A DNA stretch of 64,000 nucleotides from the human T2T-CHM13v2.0 reference genome, Homo sapiens, in NCBI RefSeq assembly GCF_009914755.1, contig NC_060928.1; one strand, 5' to 3'. Below, piece after piece: positions 49,500-62,499 of this stretch. Position 1 is the first letter of the stretch. Each line of letters begins with the position of its first letter. The notes beneath the pieces were generated by a model that was not told where the DNA came from, did not search any database, and saw only the letters and a list, made by a program, of their open reading frames with translations. A program made the translations under genes and the position numbers.

Positions 49500-49990
49500 T
49501 TCAGATAGTCAAAAATATTTATTTACTGTCTGATATGTACCAGGTACTAAGTAATATGGTAGATTCACAGTAATGAATAAAATATACGTTTAAAAATGTT
49601 GTCTTCATGATTTTTGAATAATTAGCAAATAAAATATATCAAAATATGCTACATAATTTAGAGAAAAATAACAAAATGGTAAAAGTCATCAAGAAAAAGC
49701 AAAACAAGGGTACTTTGTACTTGCGTTTAGGGAAGTTCACCCTGAAAAAGAAATATCTTCACTGTGTCTTTAATGATGTTAAAAAAAATGACATTCCAGG
49801 TAGAAGAAATAGAATGTGCATAGTGTTTTTTAGGATGTGGAAAAAGGTCATTGTAGCTGAAACTAAGAGAGCAATAAGGATAGTGTCAAAATTTGAGGAT
49901 GCAGGGATGGGCAGGCACGGCATATCCTTGAGATTCTGAAGGCTATGGCGAAAAAATGCGAGCTTTAGTCCACATATAAAGTGAAGCTGT
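49500..49990 (-). mobile_element. L2 3' fragments
   Basis: 'tcagatagtcaaaaatatttatttactgtctgatatgtaccaggtact', 'acattccaggtagaagaaatagaatgtgca'. Confidence 0.55.
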
Positions 49991-50274
49991 CTTCCCAATT
50001 CAGTAAATAGAAAGTCTATTCTTTTCAGTTGCAAGGACTTTTGTGTTTTATTCACTTGTGCATCCCCAGTGACAACAGGAATATATATGATGTCCAATAA
50101 ATGTCTATAGATTAAATACATGAATTTTTTTGTATAGCAAATTGTATTCAAATCTATTCATGTATATCATTCTTTGAATTGGCATTATGTTCTTTCTCTT
50201 TACTCAATGCATTCTGACAACTATCCAGTTACTGCTATTTGTTTTAACTAGTATATTCTTTTGGAGGTGAGGTG

Positions 50275-50500
50275 GGTACTGAATATAGCACTTTGGTTAA
50301 AATAATTAAATTCACAGGCTGCTACATATAGATTTGAATACTAACTTTATCATGTAACTTTGGACAATTTGCTTAACATCTCTGGCCTTGATTTCTTTTA
50401 CTATAAAATAGAAAATTACCTTTATCATAGAATTTTAATAATAAATTAATAAAAAAGTGAACGTTACTAACACCAAGAAAATATTCGGTAAACGGTATGC
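50275..50500 (+). mobile_element. MIR
   Basis: 'tgtaactttggacaatttgcttaacatctctggccttgatttctttt'. Confidence 0.65.
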
Positions 50501-52246
50501 TTTTTAATTTTTATTGACATTAACATCATTATTATTTTTGTAATATAATTGCCTTATGATGATCAACATTAAATTAAAACAGTATTTTTTCCAAATAATT
50601 TTCTAAATGTTAGCCATAAAATTCATTTATCTTATTAAAAATATTTTAGAATTCTCACTAATATCTTAAATCAAGTTTACATGGAGGATATTGCAAAAAT
50701 TATAAAGAATGCATCTGGAAGCATTTAGGAATGCTCTTAAAAACCAGAGGTTATGACTGAAAAAACGAACAAAAAACTAATGTAAGGCATAAAACTATTT
50801 TGATATTTGTATTGGTTTGGCTAAATAATTATAGGCAAACAATATAAATACACATTTTTGTTGTTATTTTCTTTTTCTTTTTGCTCTGCAGGGACATTTT
50901 CTCAAAATAACTTGATCTAAATTAATGTGGGAATTACATCATAGCTCATCTATATCTATTTGCCAAATTCATCCCCTTCCTTTAGTTGTCTTTTACTTCA
51001 CATTACTATCAAACTTTTGTCTAAGCACAATTCAAAGGGAGAAATTTAGAAGTTTGTTCTGTTTGATTTCAGCCTTAACTAGCAATTGTGAATTTCATTG
51101 GCACAGGCATTTTATTTGACTGTAAGCTGATTGAGCTTACTTGATTATTTATAAAATCTCAAGAACCTATCTAATCTAAAAATCACCTATTGCATTGATA
51201 AACAGTTTTCACAGAGGCCATTTTGATTAAATATAACCTGTTTGTAGGGAATAATGTATTCACTATTTCTTACACTGGCAGAAAATTCTTGCTAGGAGTT
51301 AAAGATACCTGTGTTGTCAACACACTCAAAAACATCAGATCACAGAAATGTGAACGAGAAGATTTAAAAACTTTCAAAAGAGATAGATCTGAGTTTAAAA
51401 ACTGGGGCAATTACATTTCAAAGAAACACATAGATCAAGTGTTAAAATTGCAAACTCTATTTGGTAGATACGAACTATCAAATTTTTCTTGACCTTCGAT
51501 TAAGACTGAAAAGTTTATAAATATAAGCGTTTTTTGAACTAGCTAAGGGAAGTTAAGTTACCCTTGCTTCATTTCAGTTTAATTATTTATGTTATGCTTT
51601 TTCCACCCACAGAGCTAATTGTGGGTTGTGATTTTTGGGTGTAGCTCTTTTCTATTATATTGTACTATTTAAAAGGGTTGCAATATCAGTATTTGTGGTT
51701 TGTAATAGCATTATTTCAGAAACAACTGAGATTCCTTCAATCTCCTTTGCTTTTTTGCCAATTCTTACTCCTCACTTCTCCTCTTCCCCTTCTCATGGAT
51801 TCTCATCTCAGACTTCTCATTAGCACATCACCACTAATCCTTGGCAATTTTTCTCACCCTTTTACCCGCTTCCTCCACTGAAGAGTAGAATTTTTAATTT
51901 GTATTTTTTGTTACTTTGGAAAGCAAATATTTTATCAAGATCTCTTGGTCAGAGGGCAGAAACACTCCTGAAGACTATCCTAAAACCTCTTCACAGAAGA
52001 GATAAATTTAGCAAGTAAACACATCAGCCAAATGGGTCTGGTTGCTCTAAAGACCACAGGGCAAAGCGGCTTGAAACCAAGAGAAACATCAAAGTCATTA
52101 ATGGCAAGTAATACTTATATCAGAATTTTAAGATATATTAAATGTGTATCTTAAATTTTATTTAAAATAATATATTGAACACTAATGTCATTGTTTTTAC
52201 TATTGAATTTGGGCTTTTAAAATAAAACATTGGCATTTATAACAAG

Positions 52247-52515
52247 TTTTTTTGGGGACAAGGTCTCACTTTGTCACCCAGGCTGGAGTATAGTGGTGCT
52301 ATCTCGGCTCACTGCAGCCTTGACCTCCTGGGTTCAAGCAATCCTTCTACCTCAGCCCCAAAAGTAACTGGGACTACAGGTGCACCCACCATGCCCAGAT
52401 AATTTTTATATTTTTAGTAGAGATGGCATTTTGCCATGTTGCCCAGACTGGTCTGGAATTCCTGAGCTGAAACAATCTGCCAGGTTTGGGTTCCCAAAGT
52501 GCACCATGCCTAGCC
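52247..52515 (-). mobile_element. AluJ with small internal deletion
   Basis: Antisense Alu; decayed TSD tataacaagtttt / tataacaactttt. Confidence 0.9.
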
Positions 52516-52739
52516 CTATAACAACTTTTAAAATCCTTACATGTAATATACACCAATGCATCAGAATTGTCATTTGCTTATACGAATATAGTCTTCTGAT
52601 TAGACATATGTATGTGTTTTACTGGTTAACAAATTATGAAGTCCTGAATAGATGTGATATTTACTTTCTGGTCAGTAACCTGATTTCAGATATCTCCCGT
52701 GAATGCAAATTTATAGATTAATTCAGGCTAAAGTGTTAA

Positions 52740-53087
<348 letters not shown>

Positions 53088-53567
53088 TAGTGTGACATTT
53101 ATAAATTATATTATGTATGAGTGATCAAGAATTTTTAATAAATGAAAACAACCCATTTAAGGTTGTTTCTATTAAGTTTTATTTTAGAGAGACAGATGCT
53201 ATTATGCTTATACTTAAAGTTTATCTTCTGTTTTAATTACTAAGAGATATAACATTTTATCAAACATTATTGCAACTCAAAGTTATTATAATTAATGTAA
53301 TTTTATTAAACACATCTTTATTCTTTTTGTAGTGACTTTCTCATAGCATACCCGTAAAGTAAGAAAGCACAAGATCTTGTGATTCACTGAATGCTAGTCA
53401 AACCAAAGATCCTCATCCTAAAAGGATAGTTTCCAAATTTGGAGCACGCATTCTTTCTTTTAGCTTTCAAGTAGCTAAAATACTACCTTTCCCACTCCTT
53501 CCAATCCACCGTCCCAACAGATTATATTCCTAAATTTAAGTAAAGCTGTTTCCCATTAAAGGGGCTA

Positions 53568-53651
53568 ATGGTCTTGAACTCTTAGCTTCAAGCAATCCTC
53601 CAACTTAGGCCCTCCAAAGCACTGGGATTACAGGCATGAGCCACCACACCT
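53568..53651 (-). mobile_element. Alu left-arm fragment (J/FLAM-like)
   Basis: 'tggtcttgaactcttagcttcaagcaatcctcc...gggattacaggcatgagccaccacacct'. Confidence 0.85.
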
Positions 53652-54995
53652 ACTAGCTAGATTAAGCAAGAAAAGAAGAGGGAAGATCCAAATAAACACA
53701 ATCAGAAATGAAAAAGAATACATTACAATTTCTACCACAGAAATACAAAAGATCTTCAGAGACTATTATGAACAATACATGTTCACAAACTGGAAATACT
53801 AGAGGAAATAAATAAAATCCTAGAAACACAACTTCCTCAGAATTAACCAGGAAGAAACAGAACTCCTGAACAGATCAATAATGAGTAGTGAGACTGAATC
53901 AGCAATTTAAAAATCTTCCAAAAAATTAAATTCAGTACCAGACAAATTCACAGTCAAATTCTATCAAACATACAAAGAATAACTAATACCATTCTCTCTT
54001 AAACTTTTCCTAAAAACTAAGGAGGAGGGTATTCTTCTTAATTCATTCTATGAGGCCAGCATCACCCTGATACTAAAAGCAGACAAGGAAACAACAGAAC
54101 AAGAAAACTACAGACCAATAACCCTGATGAACATAGGTGTAAAAATCCTCAACATAATACTAGCAAATTGAATCCAACAACACGTCAAGAAGATAACACA
54201 TTATGATCAGGTAGGATTTATCTCAGAGATGCAATGATGGTTCAATATACAGAAATCAATAAATGTGATATATCACATGAAGATAATTAAAAACAAAATG
54301 TACGTGATTATCTTGATAGATACAGAATAAGCATTCAATAAAATTTATCATCCTTCAGAATGAAAATCCTCAAAAAACTAGCATAGAAGGAACATATCTC
54401 AACATAATAAAGGCCACGTATGAAAAATCAATGGCCAATACCACAGTGAGTGTGGGTAAGTTGTAAGCATTTCATTTAAGAACTGGAACAAGACAAAGAT
54501 GCTCACTTTCCTCACTCTTATTTAACGTAGTACTAGAAATCCTTGTTGGAGCAATCAGACAAGAGAAAAAATAGTCATTCAAATTGCTAAACAGGAAGTC
54601 AAATTATTCTTCCTTGCTGATAGTATAATCTTACCTCTAGAAAAACCCCATAAATTTCACTAAAAATCATTTGATTTGACCAGTGAATTGAATAAAGTAC
54701 CTGGATACAAAATAAATGTACATAAATTGGTAGTATTTTTATACACCAATGACCAAAGAACTAAGGACCAAATCAAGAAAGCAATCCCATTTATAGTAGC
54801 CACACACACATAAAATATCTAGGAATATATTTTGTCAAGGGAGTGAAATACCTCCACAAGGAGAATAACAAAACACTACTGAGAGAAATCATATGTGACA
54901 CAAACAAAAAAAATCCCACGCTAATAGATTGGAAGAATCAATATTAAAATGACCATACTGCCCAAAGCAATTGAACAAAATTACAGACAGTTTTC

Positions 54996-57900
54996 TTCTT
55001 TTTTTAACTTTTATTGTAAGTTCAGAGGTTCATGTTTGTTATACAGGTAACAGGCTTGTTATATAGGAAAACTTTGTGCAGGTTTGTTATATAGGTAAAC
55101 TTGTGTGATGAGATTTTGTTGTACAGATTATTTCATGACCCAGGTACTGAGTCTAGTACCCAATAGTTATTTTTCCTTATCCTTGCCATCCTCCCACCGT
55201 CCACCCTCAGGTAGGCCCCAGTATCTGTTACTCCACTCTTTGGGTCCATGTGTTCTCATCATTTAGCTCTCACCTATCAGTAAGAACACGTGGTATTTGA
55301 TTTTCTGTTTCTTAGTTTGCTAAGGATGATAGCCTCCAGTTCCATCCATGTTTCTGCAAAGGACATAATCTTGTTCTTTTTTATAGCTGCATAGTATTCC
55401 ATGGTGTATACGTACCACATCTTATTTATCCAGTATACTATTTATTGATGGGCACTTAGGTTGATTCCATATCTTTGCTATTGTGAATAGTGCTGCAACA
55501 AATATATGCAGGCATGTGTCTCTAAGATAGAAAGATTTATATACTTGTGGGTATATACTCAGTAACAGGAAGGCTGGGTCAAATGTTAATTCAGTTTTTA
55601 AGCCTTTGAGGAATCACCACACTGTTTTCCACAATAGTTCAACTAATTTACATGTCCACCAACAGTGTATAAGCATTTTTTTCTCTGCAACCTCACCAGC
55701 ACCTGTTTTTTTTTTTGACATTTTATTAATAGTCATTCTGACTGGTGTGAGATCGTATCTCATTGTGGTTTCAATTTGCATTTCTCTAATGATCAATGAT
55801 GTTGAGCTTTTTTATATATAATTGGTCTAATGTCTGTTTTCTTTGAAGAAGTGTCTGTTCATGTACTTTGACCACTTTTTGGTAGGGTTTTTTATTTTTT
55901 CTTGTGAATTTGTTTAAGTTCCTTATAGATGCTGGTTATTAGACCTTTGTCGGGTGCATAGTTTGCAAAAAAAATTCTTCCATTATGTGGGAAGTCTGAT
56001 TATTCTGTTGATGGTTTATTTTGCTTTATAGAAGCTCTTTAGTTTAATTAGATCCCATTTGTCAATTTTTTCTTTGGTTGAAATTTCTTTTGGCATCTTG
56101 GTTATGAAATCTTTGTCTGATCCTATGTCCAGAATGGAATTTCCTTGATTGCCTTCCAGGGTTTTCATAGCTTTGGATTTTACATTTATTTCTCTTGCAT
56201 TGATTTTTGTACATGGTGTAAGGAAGGGGTCCAGTTTCAATCTTCAGCACATGGCTAACCAATTATCTCAGCACTATTTATGGAGTAGGGAATCCTTTCG
56301 CTATTGCTTGTTCTTGTCGACCTTGTCTAAGATCAGATAGTTGTAGGTGTGTGGCCTTATTTATGGGATCTCTATTCTGTTCCATTGGTCTATATGGCTG
56401 TTTTTCTACCAGTACTATGCTGCTTTAGTTACTGTAGACAAGTAGTATAATCTGAAGTTGGATAGCATGATGCCTCCAACTTTGTTCTTTTTGCTTAAAA
56501 TTGCTTTGGCTATTTGGGCTCTTGTTTGGCTCCACATACATTCTAAAAGATTTTTTTTTCTCGAAGAATGTCATAGGTAGTTTAATAGGAATTGCATTGA
56601 ATATATAAATTGCTTTGGGCAATATGGCCATTTTAATGATATTGATTCTTCATATCCATAAGCATAGGATTTTTTTTCCATGTGTTTGAATTATTTCTGA
56701 TTTCTTTGAGCAGTATTTTGTAGTTCTTCTTGTAGAGATCTTTCACCTCCCTAGTTAGCTGTATTCCTAGGTATTTTATTCTTTCTATGTCAATTGTGAA
56801 TGAGATTGCATTCCTGATTTGGCTCTTGGCTTGACTGTTGCATAAAAATGCTAGTAATTTTTGTACATTGATTTTTTTATCCTCAGACTTTGCTAAAGTT
56901 GTTTATGAGCTGAAGGAGCTTCTGGGCAGAATACATGGGTTTTTTTAGATACAGGATCATACCATCTGCAAACAGAGTTAGGTTGACTTCGTCTTATTAT
57001 TTGGATGCCCTTTATTTATTATATTTCTTTTGACTGATTGCTCTGACCAGGACTTTCAATACTATGTTGAATAAGAGTGATAAGGGAGGGCATCCTTATC
57101 TTAGGAATGCTTGCAGCTTTTGCCCATTCAGTATGTTATTGGCTGTGAATCTGTCCTAGACAGCTCTTATTATTTTAAAGTATGTTCCTTCAATACCTAA
57201 TTTATTGAGAGTTTTTAATATAAAAAGATATTACATTTTATCGAAAGGCTTTTCTGCCGCTTTTGAGATAATCATGTGCTTTTGTCTTTACTTCTGTTTA
57301 TGTGATGAACAGATTTATTGATTAGCTTAAGTTGAACCATCCTTGTATTCCAGGGATAAAGCCCACTTGATGATGAAGGATTAGCTTTTTGATGTGCTGC
57401 TGGATTCGGTTTGCCCGTATTTTGTTGAGGATTTTCATATCGATGTTCATCAAGTATATTGGTTTTAAGTTTTCCTTTTTTGTTGTGTCTCTGCCAGATT
57501 TTGCTATCAGAATAATACTGGCCTTGTAGAATAAGTTACATAGGAGTCCCTCCTCCTGAATTTCATGGAATAGTTTCAGTAGAAGTGGTATCAGCTCTTA
57601 TTTGTACATCTGGTATAATTCAGCTCTGAATCTGTCTGTTCCCAGGCTTTTTTTTTTTTTTTTTTTGGTTAGTTGGCTATTTTTTACAGATTAAATTACA
57701 GAGTTCATTACTGTTCTACCCAGGGATCCAATTTCTTTGTGGCTCAGTCATGGGAAGGTGTATATGTTCAGGAATTTATCAACTTCTTCTAGATTTCCTA
57801 GTTCTTGTGCATAGAGGTGTTCATAATATTCTTTTATGATTATTTGCATTTCTGTTGGGTCAGAGGTAATAGCCTCTTGTTTCTAATCGGGTTTATTTAA

Positions 57901-60900
57901 ATCTTTGAATCTTTTATATTAGTCTAGCTACTGGTTTATTTTATTTAAAAAGAGCTCCTGAATTCATTGATCTTTTAATTTTTTTTTCTTTTTTTTTTTG
58001 GCTTGTGTCTCAATCTCCAGCACTTTAGCTCTAATTTTGGTTATTTTTTTATTTTGCTAGCTTTGGGTTCGTTTGCTCTTGGTTCTCTAGTTATTTTAGT
58101 TGTTAAATTAAGATCTTTCTAATTTTTTGATATGGACATTTAGTGCTATAAATTTCCCTTTCACCACTGTCTTAGCTGTGTCCCAGAGATTCTGGTATGT
58201 TGTATCTTTGTTCTCATTAGTTTCAAAGAACTTCTTGATTTCTTCCCTTAATTTCACTATTGATCCCAAATTCATTCAAGAGCAGCTTATTTAGTTTCCA
58301 TGTAATTGTATGGTTTTGAGTGATTTTCTTAGTCTTCATTTGAAATTTGATTGTGCTGTGATCTAAGAGACTGTTATAATTTTAGTTATTTTGCATTTGC
58401 TGAAGTGTTTTGTGTCCAATATGTGGTTGATTTTGGAGTATATTTCATGTGTGATGAGAAGAATTTATATTCTGTTGCATTTGTGTGGAGAGTTCTGCAG
58501 ATTTTTATCAAGCCCATTTAGTCTCATGCTGAGTTCAGGTAATGAATGTCTTTGTTAATTTTCTGTCTTGATGATTTGTCTGATTCTGTAAGTGGGGTGT
58601 AGAAGTCACCCACTATTATTGTGTGGGAGTCAAATTCTCTTTAAACATCTCCAAGCACTTGCTTTATGAATCTGGGTGCTTCTTTATTGAGTGCATATAT
58701 TTAGGATAATTAGGTCTTCTTGTTGAATTGAACCCTTTGCCATTTTATAATTGTAGGGACCAGCCCCACAGGGTCGGTGGGTTTCTCCCTGTGTGCGGAG
58801 ATGAGAGAGTGTAGAAGTAAAGACACAAGACAAAGAGATAAAAGAAAAGACAGCTGGGCCTGGGGGACCACTACCACCAAGTCGCAGAGAGCAGTAGTGG
58901 CCCCAAATGCCAGGCTGCACTGTTATTTATTGGATACAAGACAAAAGGGGCAGGGTAAAGAGTGTGAGTCATCTCCAATGATAGGTAAGGCCATGTGGGT
59001 CACATGTCCACTGGACAGGGGGCCCTTCTCTGCCTGGCATCCAAGGCAGAGAGAGAGAGGGAGAGAGATAGACAGCTTACGCCATTATTTCTGCATATCA
59101 GAGACTTTTAGTACTTTCACTAATTTTGCTACTGTTATCTAAAAGGCAGAGCCGGGTGTACAGGATGGAACATGAAGGTGGACTAGGAGTGTGACCACTA
59201 AAGCGCAGCATCACAGGGAGGTGGTTAGGCCTCCAGATAACTGCGGGCAAGCCCGACTAATGTCAGTTCCTCCACAAGAGGTGGAGGAGTAGAGTCTTCT
59301 CTAAACTCCCCCCAGGGAGACTCCCTTTCCCGGTCTGCTAAGTAGCAGGTGTTTTTCCTTGACACTTACGCTACTGCTAGACCATGGTCCACCTTGCAAC
59401 AGGCGTCTTCCCAGATTCTGGCATTACCACTAGACCAAGGAGCCCTTCTGGTGGCCCTGTCTGGAAATAACAGAAGACTTGCACTCTTGTCTTCTGGTCA
59501 CTCCTCACTATGTCCTCTCAGCTCCTATCTCTGTATGGCCTGGTTTTTCCTAGGTTATGATTATAGAGCAAGGATTATTATAATATTGGAATAAAGAGTA
59601 ATTGCTACAAACCAATGATTAATGATATTCATATATAATCATATCTAAGATCTATATCTAATATAACTATTCTTGTTTTATATTTTATTATACTGGAACA
59701 GCTCATGTCCTCAGTCTCTTGCCTTGGCCCCTGGGTGGCTTGCCACCCACAATAAAGCCCTTCCTTGTCTTCTTTAAAAATCTTTGTTAAAGTCTATTTT
59801 TTCTGAAATTAGGTTTGAAACCTCTGCTTCTTTCAGTTTTCCTTTTGCTTAGTAGATTTTTCTTCATCTCTTTATTTTGAGCCTATTGGTGCCATTGCAT
59901 GTGAGATTGCATGTGACATGGATCTCCTGAAGACAGCATACCAATGGATCTTGGTTCTTTATTCAGCTTTCCACTCTGTGCCTTTTAATTGGGACATTCA
60001 GGCCATTTACATTTAAGGTTAGTATTGGTATGTGTGGATTTGATCCTACCGTCCTAATGTGAGCTGGTTATTATGCAGGCTTGTTTGTATGGTTGCTTCA
60101 TAGTGTCACTGGTCTGTGTATTTAAGTGTTTTTGTAGTGGCTGGTAACAATCTTTTCTATTTATATTTAGAGCATTCTCAGAAGCTCTTATAAGACATGT
60201 CTGGTGGCAATAAATTCCCTCAGTATTTGGTTCTCTGGAAAGAATCATATATCTCCTTTGCTTAGTTTGACCTGATATTAAATTCTTGGTTGGGATTTAT
60301 CTTCTTTAAGAATGACAAATATTGGCCCCCAATCTCTTCTAGCTTGTAGGGTTTCTGCTGAGAGGTCTACTGTTAGTACGATGGGCTTCCCTTTGTAGGT
60401 GACCTGACCTTTCTCTTGAGCTGACTTTAACATTTTTTCTTTCATTTGGCCTTTGAGAATCTGATGATTATATGTCTTGGGGATGATCTTCTTGTGAAAT
60501 ATTTTACTGGAGTTCTCTGCATTCCCTGATTTTGAATGTTGCTCTTTCTAGCTAGATTGGGGAATTTCTTACGAATGATATCCTAGAATATGTTTTCTAC
60601 ATTGCTTACACTTTCCCCATCTCTTACAGCTACACTAATTGGTAACAGATTTTGTTTCTTTACATAAGCCTATATTTCTCAGAGGTTTTGGTCATTTATT
60701 TTTATTCTTTTTTCTTTATTCTTCTATGACTGTCTTATTTCATAAAGCCAGTCTTCAAGCTCTGAGATTCTTCCCTCAGCCTGGTCTACTCCGCTCTTAA
60801 TACTTGTGATTACATTATAAAATTCTTGCAATGCTTTTTCAGGTCTATCAGTTTGGCTATGTACTCTTTTATACTGGCTAATTTGTCTGTCAGCTCCTGT

Positions 60901-62499
60901 ATCATTTTATTGTGATTCTTATCTTCCTTGGATTGGGTTGCAGCATTCTCTTGAAGCTTGATGATTGTCATTCCTATCCATATTCTGAATTCTATTTCTG
61001 TCATTTCAGGCATCTCAGCCCAGTTCAGAACCTTTGCTGGAGAGGGGGAGTGGTTGTTTGGAGGAAAGAGAGAACTCTGGCTTTTTACGTTGTTAAATTC
61101 CTTTCATTGGTTTTTTCTCATCTTTGTAGGCTAATGTTTCTTCAATCTAAAGTTGCTTATCTTTGATTTTTTTTCTTTTATCCTACTTGAAAACTTTGAG
61201 GATTTGATTGTGGTATAAGGTGGATTCAGCCAACTAGCTTTGTTTTTGTAAGATGTTGGGAAGAAAATATTCAGCTCCCAAATCCTGGACTACGTGCTCT
61301 GATGCTGAGGGACTTGTATCAGGCCCCAACTTTGTTCTCTAGCTCCTTTTGGTTAGGAGTCCACTGCTCTGTAGGGGGGTCAAGGTGATCCTGAAGTATC
61401 ATTGTTTACATATGCCAGCAGCAGTGGCAGTATGGTAGAGTACACACTCATCAAGTGGAGCAGGGTGTTGGTAGGTGCTGGGGCTCCTGCCTTTGTGTAG
61501 GCATTCACAATAGTGGCAGAGGCAGTGTGGCTTGGGGAAATGGGAGACCTCTCCTGAAACTGGGCATGCAATTGTACTGGTGGTGGTGTTAGTACAAGGG
61601 CAGGGCACTCATGAATACTGCTCTGTCTGCATTCTCTGTGCACTTCAGGCAGGGGTGGTCACTCAGGGCAAGGGAGGGTCTGCTGTTCTCTGTGCCTAGT
61701 TTCACTCTAATGGCAGTGTTGGCAGAAGGCAGGATGCTGGTGGGGATGGGCCTGGCTAACTCTGTGCCTGCCAAGGCTTCGACTGCAATGGCAGTCTGTT
61801 GTGGGTAAGTGGGGATAGATTGCACTCCCACCACAGGAGTGGCAGGACAGGGTGAACACAAACAGCTGTACTGGTGGGACAGGCAAGGCAAAGTCACCCA
61901 TACACACGTGCATAAAGGCAGGCATGGCCAAGCAGGGACCCTGGAAGTGGCCAGCCGACCAAGGGGTGCTCAGGTTGGAAAAGTCCCATCTGATGGGTAA
62001 AGTTGTCCTGCAGAGTTCAGGTCCAACAATTTCCCTGGAACTAAAGATTCCTATGGGGGCAAGTCAAGCCTATAGTTGGCTTCCCTTGCTATGCTCCACT
62101 GCAGACACTGCCATACCAAATCCTCTGGGCTCTGCTTCCATTGGCGTTCTGCCCCTACCACTTCTCTAAGCAACTCTTTCCACCAACTCAAGTGTCCATG
62201 CTGGTTGTGGGGTCTCATCCTTCTGTGATTCCAAAGACCCATGGCGAGAGTGGGTTACTCCTTGTCTATTCAACCCACCCATTCCCCTGGAGTCATTGGG
62301 GGCCAGGAATGAGTCCTGGTATATGATGACACCCTGCAGGGTTACCAGCTTCGTCTTCTTTCAGCCCAGCTTCTGTGTCTTCCCTCGGTCCAATCTCTGT
62401 GCCTACCCTCTGAGATCTGTTTAAGAATGTGCCAGTCATCTTGGCCCTTCAGTGGGAGCTGTTTCACCTGGCTGTGTCTAGTTGACCATCTTTTTCTCT
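54996..62499 (-). mobile_element. Full-length older L1PA (PA13-16 class), antisense, nested in the L1PB/MA element
   Basis: 3' UTR near 55000, degenerate ORF2 and ORF1, GC-rich 5' UTR at about 61300-62499 starting (minus strand) aagatggtcaactagacacagccagg; TSD cagacagttttc (54984-54995) / cagacatttttc (62500-62511). Confidence 0.92.
58752..59751 (-). mobile_element. LTR13 solo LTR (HERV-K HML-4 group)
   Basis: Minus strand begins TGTGGGTGGCAAGCCACCCAGG and ends GGTCCCTACA; 1000 bp; flanks ataat/ataaa; host L1 ORF2 continues across the site. Confidence 0.9.

Noticed and set aside
61380-62326. Cluster of short ORFs in GC-rich DNA resembling a promoter or gene
   Set aside because: This is the 5' UTR of the antisense old L1PA element.
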